Source: an uncultured Deinococcaceae bacterium (lineage in GTDB: Bacteria; Deinococcota; Deinococci; Deinococcales; Deinococcaceae). From it: 64,000 nucleotides of DNA. The notes beneath the pieces are model-generated. The model saw only the letters and a program-made list of their open reading frames with translations. It searched no databases and had not been told where the DNA came from. Location of the stretch: contig CAXULY010000002.1 in assembly GCA_964252075.1 (NCBI GenBank), positions 128,001-192,000 on the forward strand, in the 5' to 3' direction. This document shows, piece by piece, positions 40,115 through 53,663 of the stretch. Within the stretch, counting starts at the first letter, position 1, and every line of letters begins with the position of its first letter. Made by a program: the position numbers and the translations under genes.

Positions 40115-41083
40115 GTGCGCGTCGGCGTGATCGGCACGGGGCACATGGGGGGCGTGCACGTGCGCGCATGGCGGGCCCTGGGCGTGGAGGTGAGCGTGTT
40201 CAGCCGCGACGCGGGGCGCGCCGCAGCGCTCGCGGAGCCGCACGGCGCGCGCGCCTTCACGGACCTGGACGCGCTGCTCGCGCACGTGGAGGTCGCGGAT
40301 GTGTGCCTCCCGACCTTCCTGCACCGCGAGGTGGTGGAGCGCGCCGCGCGCGCGGGCCGCCACGTGGTGTGCGAGAAGCCCCTGGCCCTCACGGAGCAGG
40401 ACGGCGAGGCGATGATCGAGGCGTGCCGCGCGGCGGGCGTGCGGCTGTTCGTGGCGATGGTGCTGCGCTTCTTCCCGCAGTACCGAGCGGCGCGCGAGGT
40501 GGTGCGCTCAGGCGGCATCGGTGCGCCCACCGTGCTGCGCCTGCGGCGCATCGGTTCACCCCCGGCGGGCGGCACGTCGTGGTTCGCGCAGGAGGCGCAG
40601 TCGGGCGGCGTGATCCTCGACCTGATGCTGCACGACATCGATTACGCGCGCTGGCTGGCGGGCGACGTGACGCGCGTGTACGCGCGTCTGAACGCCGTGG
40701 GCGCCCGGCAGTACGCGCAGGCGGTCCTCACGCACGCGTCAGGCGCCACGAGCCTGCTGGAGTCCGGCTGGGCGAACCCGGACGGGGTGTTCCGCACCGC
40801 GCTGGACCTTGCGGGCGACGCGGGCGTCATCGAGTGGAGTTCGGACGCGCCGCCGCCCGTGCGCGCCCTGCACCGCGAGGGACGCGCGCCCATCCCGGAG
40901 CCCGGCCCGCCCTCACCGGACGACCCGTACGTTCAGCAGTTGCGGCACGTGCTGGACGCCCTGCAGTCCGGCGCGCCCTTCGAGGTCACGCCCGAGGACG
41001 CGCTCGCTTCCCTGCGCGTGGCGATCGCGGCGCGGGACGCCGCGCGCTCGGGCCGCGCCGTCACGCTGGAGGCGCGCGCGTGA
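40115..41083 (+). CDS. Gfo/Idh/MocA family oxidoreductase
   Basis: GVIGTGHMG, CEKP and DLMLHDID motifs. Confidence 0.92.
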   Translation: MRVGVIGTGHMGGVHVRAWRALGVEVSVFSRDAGRAAALAEPHGARAFTDLDALLAHVEVADVCLPTFLHREVVERAARAGRHVVCEKPLALTEQDGEAMIEACRAAGVRLFVAMVLRFFPQYRAAREVVRSGGIGAPTVLRLRRIGSPPAGGTSWFAQEAQSGGVILDLMLHDIDYARWLAGDVTRVYARLNAVGARQYAQAVLTHASGATSLLESGWANPDGVFRTALDLAGDAGVIEWSSDAPPPVRALHREGRAPIPEPGPPSPDDPYVQQLRHVLDALQSGAPFEVTPEDALASLRVAIAARDAARSGRAVTLEARA

Positions 41084-42051
41084 GGGTCGGGATGGTGGGG
41101 GTCGCGCACGTGCACGCACAGCCGTACGTGGAGTTGCTGCGCGAACTTCCGGAAGCGGAACTGGTGGGGTGGTGGGACGACGGCGAGGAGGCCGTGACGG
41201 GCGCCCCGCGTGTCGCGGCGCTGGAGGCGCTGCTGGCCCAGGTGGACGCGGTCATCGTGTGCTCCGAGACGTCGCGTCACCGGGCGCTCGTGGAGGCCAG
41301 CGCGCGCGCGGGCGTGCACGTGCTGTGCGAGAAGCCCGTCGCGCCGACACTGCCGGACGCCGAGGCGATGCGCGCGGCGTGCGCGGAAGCCGGCGTGACC
41401 TTCATGACGGCCTTCCCCATGCGCTTCGACGCGGCGGTCATGGACGCGCGGCGGCGCCTGCAGCGCGCGGAGTTGGGTGCGGTGCTGGGCGTGAACGGCG
41501 TGAACCACAGCGAGAACCCCGGCGCGCACCGCGCGTGGTTCACGGACCCCGTGCGCGCCGGTGGGGGCGCCGTGATGGATCACGTAGTGCACCTCGCGGA
41601 CGTGCTGCGCTGGAGCTTCGCGTGCGAGGTCGCGGAGGTGTACGCGGACGTGCGCTGGACGCCCGGGCCGTTCGGGCCCATTGACACGGCGGGCGTGCTG
41701 CTGCTCACGCTGGAGAACGGCGTGCAGGCCAGCATCGACTGCAGCTGGAGCCGCCCCGCCACGTACCCGCGCTGGGGGCACCTGCGCTTCGAGGTGATCG
41801 GGGAGGACGGCCTGCTGATGGTGGACGCCTTCGCGCAGCACCTCACGGTGCACGCGCCCGGCGCGGCGCGCGCGGTGGCGTGGCAGGGCTTCAGCGCGGA
41901 CCCGAACCGCGCGATGCTGCGCGCGTTCCTGAGCGCCGCGCGGGAGGGCGCGCCGCCCCCCGTCACGTGGCTGGACGGCGCGGAGGCGCTGCGCGTGGCG
42001 CTCGCGGCGTACGACTCGGCGCGCGCCGGTCAACCCGTCCGCCTGCGCTGA
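41080..42051 (+). CDS. Gfo/Idh/MocA family oxidoreductase
   Basis: GVAHVH, CEKP and GGGAVMDHVVH motifs; GTGA overlap with the upstream gene. Confidence 0.9.
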   Translation: MRVGMVGVAHVHAQPYVELLRELPEAELVGWWDDGEEAVTGAPRVAALEALLAQVDAVIVCSETSRHRALVEASARAGVHVLCEKPVAPTLPDAEAMRAACAEAGVTFMTAFPMRFDAAVMDARRRLQRAELGAVLGVNGVNHSENPGAHRAWFTDPVRAGGGAVMDHVVHLADVLRWSFACEVAEVYADVRWTPGPFGPIDTAGVLLLTLENGVQASIDCSWSRPATYPRWGHLRFEVIGEDGLLMVDAFAQHLTVHAPGAARAVAWQGFSADPNRAMLRAFLSAAREGAPPPVTWLDGAEALRVALAAYDSARAGQPVRLR

Positions 42052-42068
42052 AGGGCGGACGGGTTGCG

Positions 42069-42338
42069 TCAGTCCGTGGGGTCGGGCGCGTCGCCGTCCG
42101 GGGTGGTCGTACGGTTGTAGGTGGCGCGGGCGTCCCCGGGCGTGAGGCTGCCGCCGTCCGTGGGTTCCGTGCCGGTACTGTACGCGCCGCCCACGTGCTG
42201 GTCCTGCGCTTCGGGCGGGCGCGTGCCGCCGCGCAGGTGCGTCATGTCACTCCCGAAGGGGCCGTTGCCCTCGTCGCGGTGCTCGTTGACCGCCTCCTGG
42301 TCCGGGGGTTGCGGGGTGGGGTTCGGGGCGTCGGGCAT
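42069..42338 (-). CDS. Small acidic, Pro/Gly-rich hypothetical protein (89 aa)
   Basis: GGAGG RBS before the ATG; MPDAPNPTPQPPDQE...DAPDPTD; fills an intergenic gap. Confidence 0.6.
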   Translation of the reverse strand: MPDAPNPTPQPPDQEAVNEHRDEGNGPFGSDMTHLRGGTRPPEAQDQHVGGAYSTGTEPTDGGSLTPGDARATYNRTTTPDGDAPDPTD

Positions 42339-42533
42339 GGGGCCTCCTGTCTGCCCCGACTGTACGCGGCGGCACAGTGAGGGCGGGCGAGGCGAGCCGC
42401 GCTGGCCTTCAGCGTCCCGACAGTGGGCCTTAAGGGCTTCTTGAGGCAGGGCGCGCACGGGTACGGTGCCTGACGCGCCGCGCATTAGGCTTGGGCCAGC
42501 GCGCCGCACGGCGGCGCCGGGGGGTGCGCACAG

Positions 42534-45541
<3,008 letters not shown>

Positions 45542-45542
<1 letters not shown>

Positions 45543-46042
45543 TGGCCGAGCCACTGGAGTTCGACGTGAAGGCCCTGCTGCCGGGCCCGCAGGCGCGCAT
45601 CGAGGCGGGCGCGGCGGACAGCGCGGACGCGCTGCTGTCCGCGCTCGCGCTGCTGCGCGAACTGCACGAGCACCGCGTGCTGGAGACCCTCACGCGCGTC
45701 ACGCAGGGCGGCGAGGGCCTCGCCTTCCACGCGCTGCAGATCCTGAACGAGCCGGGCAGCGTGCGCGCGCTGCGCAACCTGCTGGAACTCGTGAAGGTGC
45801 TGGGCAGCGTCGACCCGGACACCCTCGGTCACGTGTCGGGCGCCCTCGCGGACGGCGTGCGGGAGGGCGCGCGGCGCATGGCGGCGGGCGAACGCGCGGG
45901 CGTCGGGGAGCTGCTCGGCGTGGCGCGCGACCCGGACGTGGGCCTCGCGCTGGGCGCGCTGGTGGGCCTGCTGCGCACCTTCGCGCGCAGCCTGCACGCG
46001 CGGCAGGCGCAGGGCGACCCGGCGGACGTGCCGCACACCTGA
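45542..46042 (+). CDS. DUF1641 (YjgD/ForE-like) partner protein
   Basis: Coupled to the FDH stop (TGATG); helical, with GVGELL...DPDV...LG C-terminal motif. Confidence 0.8.
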
Positions 46043-46051
46043 GCGGGGCCC

Positions 46052-47143
46052 TCAGGGCCGCTGGAGCGCCGCGCTCAGGAGCCGCCGGGCTTCATCGCGC
46101 ACCTGAGCGCGCGCCTCGGTGGGGGGTCCGGCGGTGCTGGCGCGCTCAATCAGCTCGGGCTGCGTGACGCGCACGCGCTCGCCGGGCGTCCCGCCGTCCA
46201 GCAGTTCGCGCAGGTGATCGAAGGCGCGCGCGCCGAGCGTCGGGAAGTCCTGCCGCACCGTCGTGAGGGGTGGGATGAGCAGCGCGCTCTCGGCGGTGTC
46301 GTCGTACCCAATGACGGACACGTCATGCGGGACGCTCAGGCCGCGCTCCCACAGGGCGCGCAGCGCACCGACCGCCATCTGGTCGTTCGCGACGAGCAGC
46401 GCCGTGAACGGCACGCCCGACGCGAGGAGCGCCGCCGTCGCGCGGTGCCCGCTGCCGGGACTCCAGTCGCCCTCCTCCTGCAGGGCGAGGTGCAGGCCAT
46501 GCGCGCGCAGTTCGTCCCGCCACGCCCGCAGGCGCGCGTGCTCCGCGACGGCGCCTGCGGGCGCGTGAATGCAGGCGATGCGGGTGTGCCCGAGCGTCAC
46601 GAGGTGCCGCGCGGCGAGGCGCGCGCCGTGCGCCTGGTCGAGCAGCGCGGCGTGCACGGGCGCATCCGGCGGCACGTCCAGGAACACGCAGGGGGTGTCC
46701 GGGTGCTGCGCCTGCAGGGCGGTGGCGTCCTCACCGCCGAGCGAGGCGTTGATGAGCACCCCATCCACCTGACGCTCGCGCAGGCTGCGGACGGTGCGCG
46801 AGGCGGCGTCCAGGCCGTAGTCGGGCACCATCGCGACGATGAGGCTGAAGCCATGCCCGCGCGCGGCGCGCTCGATGGCGGACGTGAGCTGCGATGGCGC
46901 GTGCAACGCGATGTCGTTCGTGGCGAAGCCGATGGAGTGCGTGCGCTGCCGCACGAGGCCCTGCGCGAGGCGGTTCGGGACGTACTGCAGCTGCGTGACG
47001 GCGTCCTGCACGCGCGCGCGGGTGCGGGCGGACACCGGGCCCTGACCGTTCACCACGCGCGAGACGGTCTGCTGCGACACGCCCGCGAGGTGCGCAACGT
47101 CCGCGAGCGTCGCGGCTTTCACGCGGGTGGAAGCGTCTCCCAT
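46052..47143 (-). CDS. LacI family repressor closely resembling the lactose repressor
   Basis: AGVSQQTVSRVVN, IALHAPSQ, EGDWS, VANDQMA and IPPLTTVRQDF. Confidence 0.95.
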   Translation of the reverse strand: MGDASTRVKAATLADVAHLAGVSQQTVSRVVNGQGPVSARTRARVQDAVTQLQYVPNRLAQGLVRQRTHSIGFATNDIALHAPSQLTSAIERAARGHGFSLIVAMVPDYGLDAASRTVRSLRERQVDGVLINASLGGEDATALQAQHPDTPCVFLDVPPDAPVHAALLDQAHGARLAARHLVTLGHTRIACIHAPAGAVAEHARLRAWRDELRAHGLHLALQEEGDWSPGSGHRATAALLASGVPFTALLVANDQMAVGALRALWERGLSVPHDVSVIGYDDTAESALLIPPLTTVRQDFPTLGARAFDHLRELLDGGTPGERVRVTQPELIERASTAGPPTEARAQVRDEARRLLSAALQRP

Positions 47144-47975
47144 TTCTAACAGTATGCGGCAGGAGCGAGAGTACAGGCCTGAGTGTAGGGTGCCATCTCA
47201 GGCCGAGAGCGAGAGCAGGTTTATACGGCTTTAACCGTGAGTAGACCAGTAGGTAAGGCCAGCAACGGTGTAGACCTAAGCAAGCTCACTGGTAAATGCC
47301 AGACCCTGCCGAACCAATCGTAATGTGAGACTCAAGTGTTAGCCTTAACATCTTTTACAGTGCAACCACCGCAATTCACGATGAATCACGCAGCTTCGCT
47401 GCGCTCACATTGTCCCATTTGCTGCGCTTCACCACAGGTGACGATTTGACCATCCACACCGCTTGTCGCTCTCTTCTCGCGCTGATCACCGCAGACACCA
47501 ATGGTGTGAGGCTTGGCGGACGAGGCCAAAACGCATGGGGCGGCAGCGAAGGGCCGCATCAGGTCCACGCTGCCACCCGTAGAGGAAGACACGGTCAATT
47601 GGGAATGCGTGCGCCTCATGTTGGACACGGACGGGTGTTATGGTCTGCTGCTGGCCCTTTAGTCCGTGAAGGCCAGCATGGAAGACTTCCGCAGCCGAGC
47701 CCTGCAGGTGATGCTCAACCTGCTCGCCTCCCATTGGGCGGACGAGGGCACAACGACCCTCGCGTGCAGTGTGTCCACGGCGAACCTCGCGTGGCTTATG
47801 AACGCTGTACAGCGTGTGGGTGGCGTCTTCTCCTGCGAAGTGTGCTGGTCGTGGAGCGGTCGCTCACTGACGACGCGCGGCGAGACGGACCATCACACTC
47901 CACCCCACGCCACACGGGCCATGAACGGATTGAACTGACCCACCCCGCCGCTCGCGGCACCCCGAAGGAGCACCC

Positions 47976-49160
47976 ATGAAGCGCACCCTGTTGATGTTGT
48001 CCCTCGCCTTGGCGGGCGGCGCGTCCGCCAGCACCCTCACCGTGTGGAGTCACTTCACGGACGCCGCCGAAGTCGCGTGGCTGAAGGCGCAGCTCGCGGC
48101 GTACACGAAGGCCAGCGGGAACGCCGTGAACCTCGTCGCGGTGCCGCTCGGCCAGATTCCCGACAAGCTCATTCAGGCCGCGCCGAAGGGGCAGGGCCCG
48201 GACCTCGTAGTAACGCTCCCGCAGGATCGCCTGGGGCAGCTCGCGGCGTCCGGCGTGATCGAGCCGCTCGACAAGTACCTGGTCTCCAGGACGGACCTGG
48301 ACCGCACGGCGCTGAGCGCCATGACGTACCGTGGGAAGCTCTTCGGGCTCCCCATGTTCGCGGAGGCCGTGGCGGTCATCTACAACAAGAAACTCGTGCC
48401 GACCTTTCCGACCACCTGGGACGGCTTCATCAAGGCGGCGCAGCAGAACACCGGGAACGGGCGGTTCGGTTTCCTGACGGACCTCACGAACGCCTACGCG
48501 AATTACGGCCTCATCAGCGCGTACGGCGGGTACATCTTCAAGAACAATGGCGGCACCGTGGACGTGAAGAACGTCGGGATCGGGAATGCGGGGGCGCAGA
48601 AGGCCATGGCGGCGCTGAATGACCTGCGCTACAAGTACAACCTCGTGCCGGAGGGCGTGACGGCGGACGCCGCGAAGGGTGCGTTCGTCGCGGGGCGCCT
48701 CGCGATGTACCTCACGGGTCCGTGGGACATGGGGGACGTGAAGAAGGCTGGCATTGACTACGGCATTGCGAACCTGCCGGTGCCGCCGGGCGCGACGGGC
48801 AAGTGGAGTCCCTTCGTGGGCGTGCACGGCGTGATCCTGAACGCGTACAGCAAGAACAAGGCGGCGGCGGCGGCGCTCGCGAAGTCCCTCGTGACGAGTG
48901 ACGCGCAGGTGGGCTTCAACAAGGCGGGCGGACGCATTCCCGTGAGCCTCTCGGCGCGCGTGAAGCTCAAGAGTGACCCGATCGTGACGGGCTTCAGCCG
49001 GGCCATCTCGGCGGGCACGCCCATGCCGAACGTGCCGGAGATGGGCGCCGTGTGGGGCCCCTGGACGAACGCCGTGACGCAGAGCACCGCGAAGCCCACC
49101 CCGAACTACCAGCAGATCCTGGATTCCGCCGTGAAGGAGATCAGCTCCAACATCAAGTGA
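47976..49160 (+). CDS. Maltose/galacto-oligosaccharide-type ABC substrate-binding protein
   Basis: Signal peptide; GQGPDL, GPWD and MPNVPEMGAVW MalE-family motifs; AAGGAG RBS. Confidence 0.92.
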   Translation: MKRTLLMLSLALAGGASASTLTVWSHFTDAAEVAWLKAQLAAYTKASGNAVNLVAVPLGQIPDKLIQAAPKGQGPDLVVTLPQDRLGQLAASGVIEPLDKYLVSRTDLDRTALSAMTYRGKLFGLPMFAEAVAVIYNKKLVPTFPTTWDGFIKAAQQNTGNGRFGFLTDLTNAYANYGLISAYGGYIFKNNGGTVDVKNVGIGNAGAQKAMAALNDLRYKYNLVPEGVTADAAKGAFVAGRLAMYLTGPWDMGDVKKAGIDYGIANLPVPPGATGKWSPFVGVHGVILNAYSKNKAAAAALAKSLVTSDAQVGFNKAGGRIPVSLSARVKLKSDPIVTGFSRAISAGTPMPNVPEMGAVWGPWTNAVTQSTAKPTPNYQQILDSAVKEISSNIK

Positions 49161-49163
49161 GGG

Positions 49164-49195
49164 ATTGGGGGAAGGGGTAGGCCTCTCCCCCCAAT
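49164..49195 (+). terminator. Hairpin after the SBP gene
   Basis: ATTGGGGGA...TCCCCCCAAT inverted repeat. Confidence 0.5.
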
Positions 49196-49266
49196 GAAAA
49201 ACCGCCCTTTCGGGCGGTGATAAACAAAGAATAGCGCGGTATGCGCGGCGGGTCAAGGGTATGCAG
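49193..49266 (-). repeat. Promoter plus tiny-hairpin element, copy 1
   Basis: Minus strand TTGACC-17-TATTCT, then ATC-ACCGCCC-GAAA-GGGCGGT-TTTTCATT; homologous to 56254-56330. Confidence 0.75.
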
Positions 49267-49275
49267 CGGGCCGCT

Positions 49276-50712
49276 TCAGGACGGCACGAGTTCCCGAGGT
49301 ACGGGCGCGCCGTCCACAGCCCCGCGTTGCAGGTGGCGCATCAGCACCCCGTACACCTCGGTGGGCTCCAGCGTCGCCTCCGGCAGCAGGGCGGGGTCCG
49401 AGACCATCAGGAGGGGACCGCGCCCGGCGTTCCCGCTCACGCGGCCGTGCGAGCCGCGCACGACCGTCGCGTCCAGGCCCACCACGTCCATCAGGTAGCG
49501 GAAGCCCAGCTTCTTGCGGATGAGGGCGCGCGCCGCCTTGAGTTTCGCGGGCGCGTGCGGGTCGAGGAACAGCTCAGCCGGGTCGTAGCCGGGCTTCTTG
49601 TGAATCTCGACGGTGCGCGCGAAGTCCGGGGCGCGCGCGTCGTCCAGCCAGTAGTAGTACGTGAACCACGCGCCGGGCTCCGCGACGACCACCAGTTCGC
49701 CGCTGCGGTCGTGGTCGAGGTGGTGCGCGCGCTTGCCGTCGTCGTCCAGCACCTCTGCCACGCCGGGCAGCGCCTCCAGCAGCGCCCGCACCTCGGGGAG
49801 GCGCGCGCGGTCGTTCACGTACACGTGCGCGATCTGGTGGTCGGACACCGCGAAGGCCGCGCTCATGCCGGCGTCCAGCAGTTCCAGGCCGCGCTCCTCA
49901 CGCACCGCGATGAGGCCCGCCTCGCGCAAGGCGCGGTTGATGTGCACGGGCCGCCACGCGCGCTCGATGCCGTACTCCGACAGGATCACCACCTGCACGC
50001 CGCGCGCCGCGTAGAAGTCCAGCAGTTCACCCACCACCGCGTCGATGTGGCGCAGTTCGGCGCTCATGGCGGGGTGGCCGGGCCCGTACTTCTGCAGGCC
50101 GTAATCGAGGTGCGGGAGGTACACCAGGGACAGGGTGGGCGCGTGCGTTTCCTCCACGAATCGCGCGCTCTCGGCGATCCAGCGGCTGGAGCGGATGGAT
50201 GAGTTCGGACCCCAGAACTCGAACAGCGGGAACTCCCCGAGGCGCGCGTTTAGGGTGGGGCGCAGGTCGGCGGGCTGCGTGTAGATGTCGGGGAGTTTCA
50301 GGCCGTCCGAGGGGTACATGGGGCGCGGCGTGACGGCGTAATCCACGCTGGAGTACATGTTGTACCACCAGAAGAGGTTCGCGCACGTGAAGTCCGGGTC
50401 GAGTTCGCGCGCAGCCTCCCAGATCTTGGGGCGCTGCACGAGGCGGTTGGACTGCCGCCAGAGTTTCACCTCGCACTCGTCGCGGAAGTACCAGCCGTTC
50501 CCCACGATGCCGTGCTCGCTCGGCCACGCGCCCGTGAGGTAGGTGGCCTGCACGCTGCACGTCACGGCGGGCAGCAGTTCCCCCACGGGCGCGAGCTTAC
50601 CGCGCTGCGCGAAGGCCTGCAGGTGCGGGGTGTCGGGGCCGATGAGGTCCGGGCTGAGGCCCACGACGTTCAGGACGGCGGTGCGGGCGAGGGGAGTGGG
50701 TGTGGTGGGCAT
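49276..50712 (-). CDS. eboF: Alkaline phosphatase/nucleotide pyrophosphatase family, EboF
   Basis: VVGL, PAVTCSVQ, HGIVGNGWYFR, YLPHLDY, KKPGYDPAELF and GSHG motifs; ebo context. Confidence 0.85.
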   Translation of the reverse strand: MPTTPTPLARTAVLNVVGLSPDLIGPDTPHLQAFAQRGKLAPVGELLPAVTCSVQATYLTGAWPSEHGIVGNGWYFRDECEVKLWRQSNRLVQRPKIWEAARELDPDFTCANLFWWYNMYSSVDYAVTPRPMYPSDGLKLPDIYTQPADLRPTLNARLGEFPLFEFWGPNSSIRSSRWIAESARFVEETHAPTLSLVYLPHLDYGLQKYGPGHPAMSAELRHIDAVVGELLDFYAARGVQVVILSEYGIERAWRPVHINRALREAGLIAVREERGLELLDAGMSAAFAVSDHQIAHVYVNDRARLPEVRALLEALPGVAEVLDDDGKRAHHLDHDRSGELVVVAEPGAWFTYYYWLDDARAPDFARTVEIHKKPGYDPAELFLDPHAPAKLKAARALIRKKLGFRYLMDVVGLDATVVRGSHGRVSGNAGRGPLLMVSDPALLPEATLEPTEVYGVLMRHLQRGAVDGAPVPRELVPS

Positions 50713-50715
50713 GCG

Positions 50716-51606
50716 TCAGGTCCCCTTGATGGAGCGCTGCCAGTACACGGTCAGCGCGAAGGCCGCGAGGGCCAGCAGGATGAGTGCGGTGGGCGCGTGC
50801 CGGTTCAGGAGCACCAGCGCGTCCAGCAGCGAGATGCCGGCGATGAGGTGCCCCACCGCGCGGCCCACGTCGCGCTGCGCGGGCGAGTACAGAAACAGCA
50901 GGCTGTACCCCACCCACAGCGGGAAGGCCAGCAGCAGCGCCACGCCGCCCAGCGTGAGGGCGGGCAGGGACAGGGCGGCGTACACGACGGGCAGGATGAG
51001 CAGGGCGGCGGGCCAGTAGCGGCTGAGGTCCGCGCGGCGCTCGGTCTTCGCGATCTGCGTCATGCCGACCGTGTACAGGCCCAGCAGCACGGTCCAGACC
51101 ACCAGGGGCGGCGTGACGTGTGGCGCGAGCGCCAGGAAGGCCGTGACGTACACCAGCATGCGGGTGCCCGCCATCAGGACGGGACTCAGGGGGTTCGCCT
51201 TGTGCCAGCGGTCGTACACGAAGATCAGCGCGACCAGCGCGAGGCCCGCCCACACCGCCGTGAGGGACACCAGCGCGAGCAGCGCGAGGCCCACCACGAA
51301 CAGCAGCGTCGTGACGAGCCGCGCCTCGTCGCGCGAGATCAGGCCGGACGGCAGGGGCCGCTCGGGGCGCTCCAGGCAGTCAATGCGGTAATCCATGAGG
51401 TCGTTGAGGTACATGCCCGCCGTGTAGAACAGCACCATCGCGACCGCCACGAGGAGCGTCCCGACGCCCGGCTGCAGCGCGCCCGCGAGCGCGGCGCCCG
51501 CGAGGGCGTTCGTGCCGACGGTCGGGCTGTTCGAGATGCGCGCGAGCGTCAGGTGCCCGCGCGCCCGCGCGGGCCAGCGCGTGCGGGTGAGCGCGTCAGA
51601 GGACAT
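50716..51606 (-). CDS. eboC: UbiA family prenyltransferase, EboC-like
   Basis: NDLMDYRID Asp-rich motif and RPERPLPSG; multi-TM. Confidence 0.85.
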   Translation of the reverse strand: MSSDALTRTRWPARARGHLTLARISNSPTVGTNALAGAALAGALQPGVGTLLVAVAMVLFYTAGMYLNDLMDYRIDCLERPERPLPSGLISRDEARLVTTLLFVVGLALLALVSLTAVWAGLALVALIFVYDRWHKANPLSPVLMAGTRMLVYVTAFLALAPHVTPPLVVWTVLLGLYTVGMTQIAKTERRADLSRYWPAALLILPVVYAALSLPALTLGGVALLLAFPLWVGYSLLFLYSPAQRDVGRAVGHLIAGISLLDALVLLNRHAPTALILLALAAFALTVYWQRSIKGT

Positions 51607-52807
51607 GCTGCACCCAGCGGTACTCGCGCTCCACCATGTCCACCAGCGGCAGTTTCAGGTCCGCGGGCAGCACGTCCCAGGTGTACGTCTCGATCTCCAG
51701 GTGCCCCGTGAAGGGCGTCTCGCGCAGCGCCGCGAAGGTCTGCAGGATCTCGGCCTGCGTGGACGCGAGCGCGGCGTCTCCGAAGTGCTGCGCGAAGACC
51801 GGCACGTGGAAGTGCACGCGCGCCTCGGTGAGCGCGGGGTCCGCGAGGTGCGCGAGGGCCTCGGGGAGGTCCGGGAACTGCGTGAGGCCGCCGTCCGCGC
51901 GCCGCGCGATCACCTGGTGCAGGTACGTGCTTTCCGCGTAGGGGCGCAGCGCCTCGGTCGCCTGGCGGCGCGCCTCGGGGTCCGGGGGGAGCGGCAGGCG
52001 CAGCGCGGAGCTGATCTGCACGCGCCCGATGCGCAGGCCCGCGGCGTGGTAGCGGGCGAGCGCCTCGGCGGGCACCTCGCGCGCCACCGCGACGTGGCAG
52101 GTGTCGAAGCACACCTGCACGTGCCGCCGCATGGCCTCCTGCGCGGCGTCCAGCGTGACGCCCAGCTGCGCGGCGAGGCTGCGCGCGCCGCGCGTGAGGA
52201 GGTGCTCCGTGAAGAAACGCGCGAGTTCGTCGCTGCGCTCCAGCAGACCATCCGGTTCGGGCTCCAGGTCCAGGTGCATGAGCTGCCCGGTCTCGGCGTG
52301 CCGCCGCGCGAGGACCACGGCGACCTGCGTCACGTGGTCGGTGAGGACGTCCCACACGGCGGGGTCGCGCGCGTCCACCCAGGCCTTGTAACTGAGGGGA
52401 CTGGACGAGATGCCGCCCTCCAGCCCCGCCGGGAGCAGCGCCGCCAGGATCTCGATGAGGCGCTCCGTGTACGCCACGCGCTCGGGGTCCAGCCAGTCGG
52501 GCGCGTGCACCTGCGCCTTCACCGCCTGCCCGTGGAAGGGGCCGTAGGGGAAGCCGTTCATGGTGAACACGTACAGGCCGCGCGCCTCCAGGAACGCCCG
52601 AAAGGCCGCGAGCTGGCCGGGCGCGAGCAGTTCGCGGCTCTCCTCGCCGGACAGCCGCAGGCCCAGCCCGAAGGCTTCGTCCGGCGCGAGGCGCGCGCGC
52701 AGCGGGACGGCGTAGCGGTCCAGGTCGCGCAGGACGCCCGCGAGGTCCCCGGACGGGTGGATGTTCGTGCAGTACGTGAGCTGCAGGTCGCGCTCGGGAA
52801 GGCGCAT
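51596..52807 (-). CDS. eboE: TIM-barrel (xylose isomerase-like) protein EboE
   Basis: [32 protein letters not shown] and [13 protein letters not shown] motifs. Confidence 0.9.
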   Translation of the reverse strand: MRLPERDLQLTYCTNIHPSGDLAGVLRDLDRYAVPLRARLAPDEAFGLGLRLSGEESRELLAPGQLAAFRAFLEARGLYVFTMNGFPYGPFHGQAVKAQVHAPDWLDPERVAYTERLIEILAALLPAGLEGGISSSPLSYKAWVDARDPAVWDVLTDHVTQVAVVLARRHAETGQLMHLDLEPEPDGLLERSDELARFFTEHLLTRGARSLAAQLGVTLDAAQEAMRRHVQVCFDTCHVAVAREVPAEALARYHAAGLRIGRVQISSALRLPLPPDPEARRQATEALRPYAESTYLHQVIARRADGGLTQFPDLPEALAHLADPALTEARVHFHVPVFAQHFGDAALASTQAEILQTFAALRETPFTGHLEIETYTWDVLPADLKLPLVDMVEREYRWVQHVL

Positions 52808-52808
52808 G

Positions 52809-53663
52809 TCAGCGCGCCTCCGCCGTCAGTTCCGGCGCCGCGCGCGGGATGGTGCCCGGCGCGGGCCGACGGAAGCGCGGGGACTGCCCCAGGAACGCCG
52901 CGGGGTTCTCGAACACGATGCGCTGAATGAGCGCCTCGCTGTGCCCGCGCCGCCGCGCGGCCAGGATGAACTCCGGGATGGCGACGGGGTCGCTCTCGCC
53001 CCAGTCGCAGGCGGACGCCACGCAGATGCGCTCCGGGCCGAACATCTCGATCATGTCGAGCGCCCGCGCGGGCGACGCCTTCGTGCGGGGGTACAGGGTG
53101 AAGCCCGTCCAGAAGCCGTGCTCCAGGATCATGGGCGCGGTGTGCTCCTCGGCGTGGTCAATCATGACGCGCGCGGGGTTCACGCGCCCGTCGCGCGCGA
53201 GGGCCTCCACCAGCACCCGCGTGCCCTTGTACTTGTCCTCCAGGTGCGGGGTGTGGATATGGATCATCTGGTGGTGCTCCAGCGCGAGCTCCACGTGATC
53301 CATGAATGTCGCGAGTTCGTTGCGCGTCACGCGGTTCAGGCCGATCTCACCGATGCCCAGCACGGTGGGGCGGCTCAGGTACTCCGGGATGAGCGCCAGC
53401 ACCTGCCGCGCGAGCTCGCGGTCCTCGCCCTCCTTGGGGTTCAGGCACAGCCACGCGTAGTGATCGATGCCGTACCCCCTGGCGCGGGCGGGCTCGAAGG
53501 TCGTGATGTGATCGAAGTAATCCGCGAAGGCGAGCGGCCCCAGGCGGTCGCGGCCCGACCAGAAGGCCGGTTCCGTCACCGCGACGCAGCCCGTGAGGGC
53601 CATCTGGTGGTAGTCGGTGGTGGTGCGCGAGATCATGTGCGCGTGCAGATCAATGTAGTTCAC
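52809..53663 (-). CDS. eboB: TatD family metallohydrolase EboB
   Basis: [31 protein letters not shown] and DWGESDP motifs. Confidence 0.88.
   Translation of the reverse strand: MNYIDLHAHMISRTTTDYHQMALTGCVAVTEPAFWSGRDRLGPLAFADYFDHITTFEPARARGYGIDHYAWLCLNPKEGEDRELARQVLALIPEYLSRPTVLGIGEIGLNRVTRNELATFMDHVELALEHHQMIHIHTPHLEDKYKGTRVLVEALARDGRVNPARVMIDHAEEHTAPMILEHGFWTGFTLYPRTKASPARALDMIEMFGPERICVASACDWGESDPVAIPEFILAARRRGHSEALIQRIVFENPAAFLGQSPRFRRPAPGTIPRAAPELTAEAR

Noticed and set aside
47666..47938. 90-aa ORF upstream of the SBP gene
   Set aside because: Atypical codon usage, no RBS and no recognisable motif; not called as a gene, though it cannot be excluded.
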